A stretch of 36,718 nucleotides of DNA from Reclinomonas americana ATCC 50394 (taxonomy: Eukaryota), in contig PS015078.1 in assembly GCA_048213135.1 (NCBI GenBank), positions 137,599 to 174,316 on the forward strand, given 5' to 3'. A program made the translations under genes and the position numbers. Shown here piece after piece: positions 36,411 to 36,718 of the stretch; position 1 is the stretch's first letter; each line of letters opens with the position of its first letter. The notes below the pieces were generated by a model that was given only the letters and a program-made list of their open reading frames with translations, was not told where the DNA came from and made no database searches.

Positions 36411-36684
36411 ATGGCATTGTTGAGTGAGAGGAGTGTGTCTCTTTTCTCTCACCTTCTTCTCTCTCACACACACTCTCTGTGTCTCTCTGTCTCTGTAACA
36501 GGCACGGTGTGACTGCGGCCATCCCGCACACAGACTCCACCCCGGATTTTGTCAATCCTCTCACTGAAGTGCGTGCATTGTTTGTGTGTCTCATTGCAGC
36601 ACCCATCTCTCACTCTCTTTCTCTTGTGCACAGGATATTGAGCTGCTCAATCAGATCCTCTACGATGTGATTGTGGCACACCAG
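36411..36684 (+). CDS. 5' exons of the next gene, possibly phosphoenolpyruvate carboxylase (partial)
   Basis: ccgccATGG start. Exons 36411-36418, 36502-36568 and 36634-36684 give MALHGVTAAIPHTDSTPDFVNPLTEDIELLNQILYDVIVAHQ, similar to the PEPC N-terminal PLxxDIxLLxxILxxVI motif; only 42 aa are visible. Confidence 0.45.
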
Positions 36685-36718
36685 GCACGTGTCTCTCTCC
36701 CCCTCACTCTCTCTCTCT

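Noticed and set aside
1-36718. CRISPR arrays, rRNA/tRNA genes, intact transposons or an alternative genetic code
   Set aside because: No repeat-spacer structure, RNA-gene signature or transposase core is seen; in-frame stops are all explained by introns under the standard code

Overview
Intron-rich, very gene-dense eukaryotic scaffold, probably from a flagellated protist. It has short introns (mostly 55-100 nt), CA/GA microsatellites and many N gaps; no prokaryotic features are present. Genes reconstructed by splicing by eye: a coiled-coil hypothetical, CDKL5/LF5-like kinase with poly-Q tail, a CUE-like + coiled-coil + catalytically degenerate kinesin-14, SEC13, a Tweety-family membrane protein, an IMP1/IMP2-like S26 peptidase lacking the catalytic Lys, a spliced and probably mitochondrial homologue of the prokaryotic amphi-Trp domain, a Med9-like protein, an acidic/low-complexity nuclear protein, a WD40-like protein, a Zn-finger hypothetical, SPEF2/CPC1 with inserted ankyrin repeats, NELF-E with an RGG and Tyr/Ser/Pro-rich tail, and the start of a probable PEP carboxylase. 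The main finding is that about 18 of the roughly 95 introns I could resolve use a 1-nt-shifted 5' splice site (H|GTTGCGT, GTTGAGT, GTTACGT, GTTTCGT), nearly always after a non-G exon base. This suggests that shifted-register donor recognition is routine in this organism. Two gap-bounded contigs (7903-9238 and 16194-18673) appear inverted in the scaffold.
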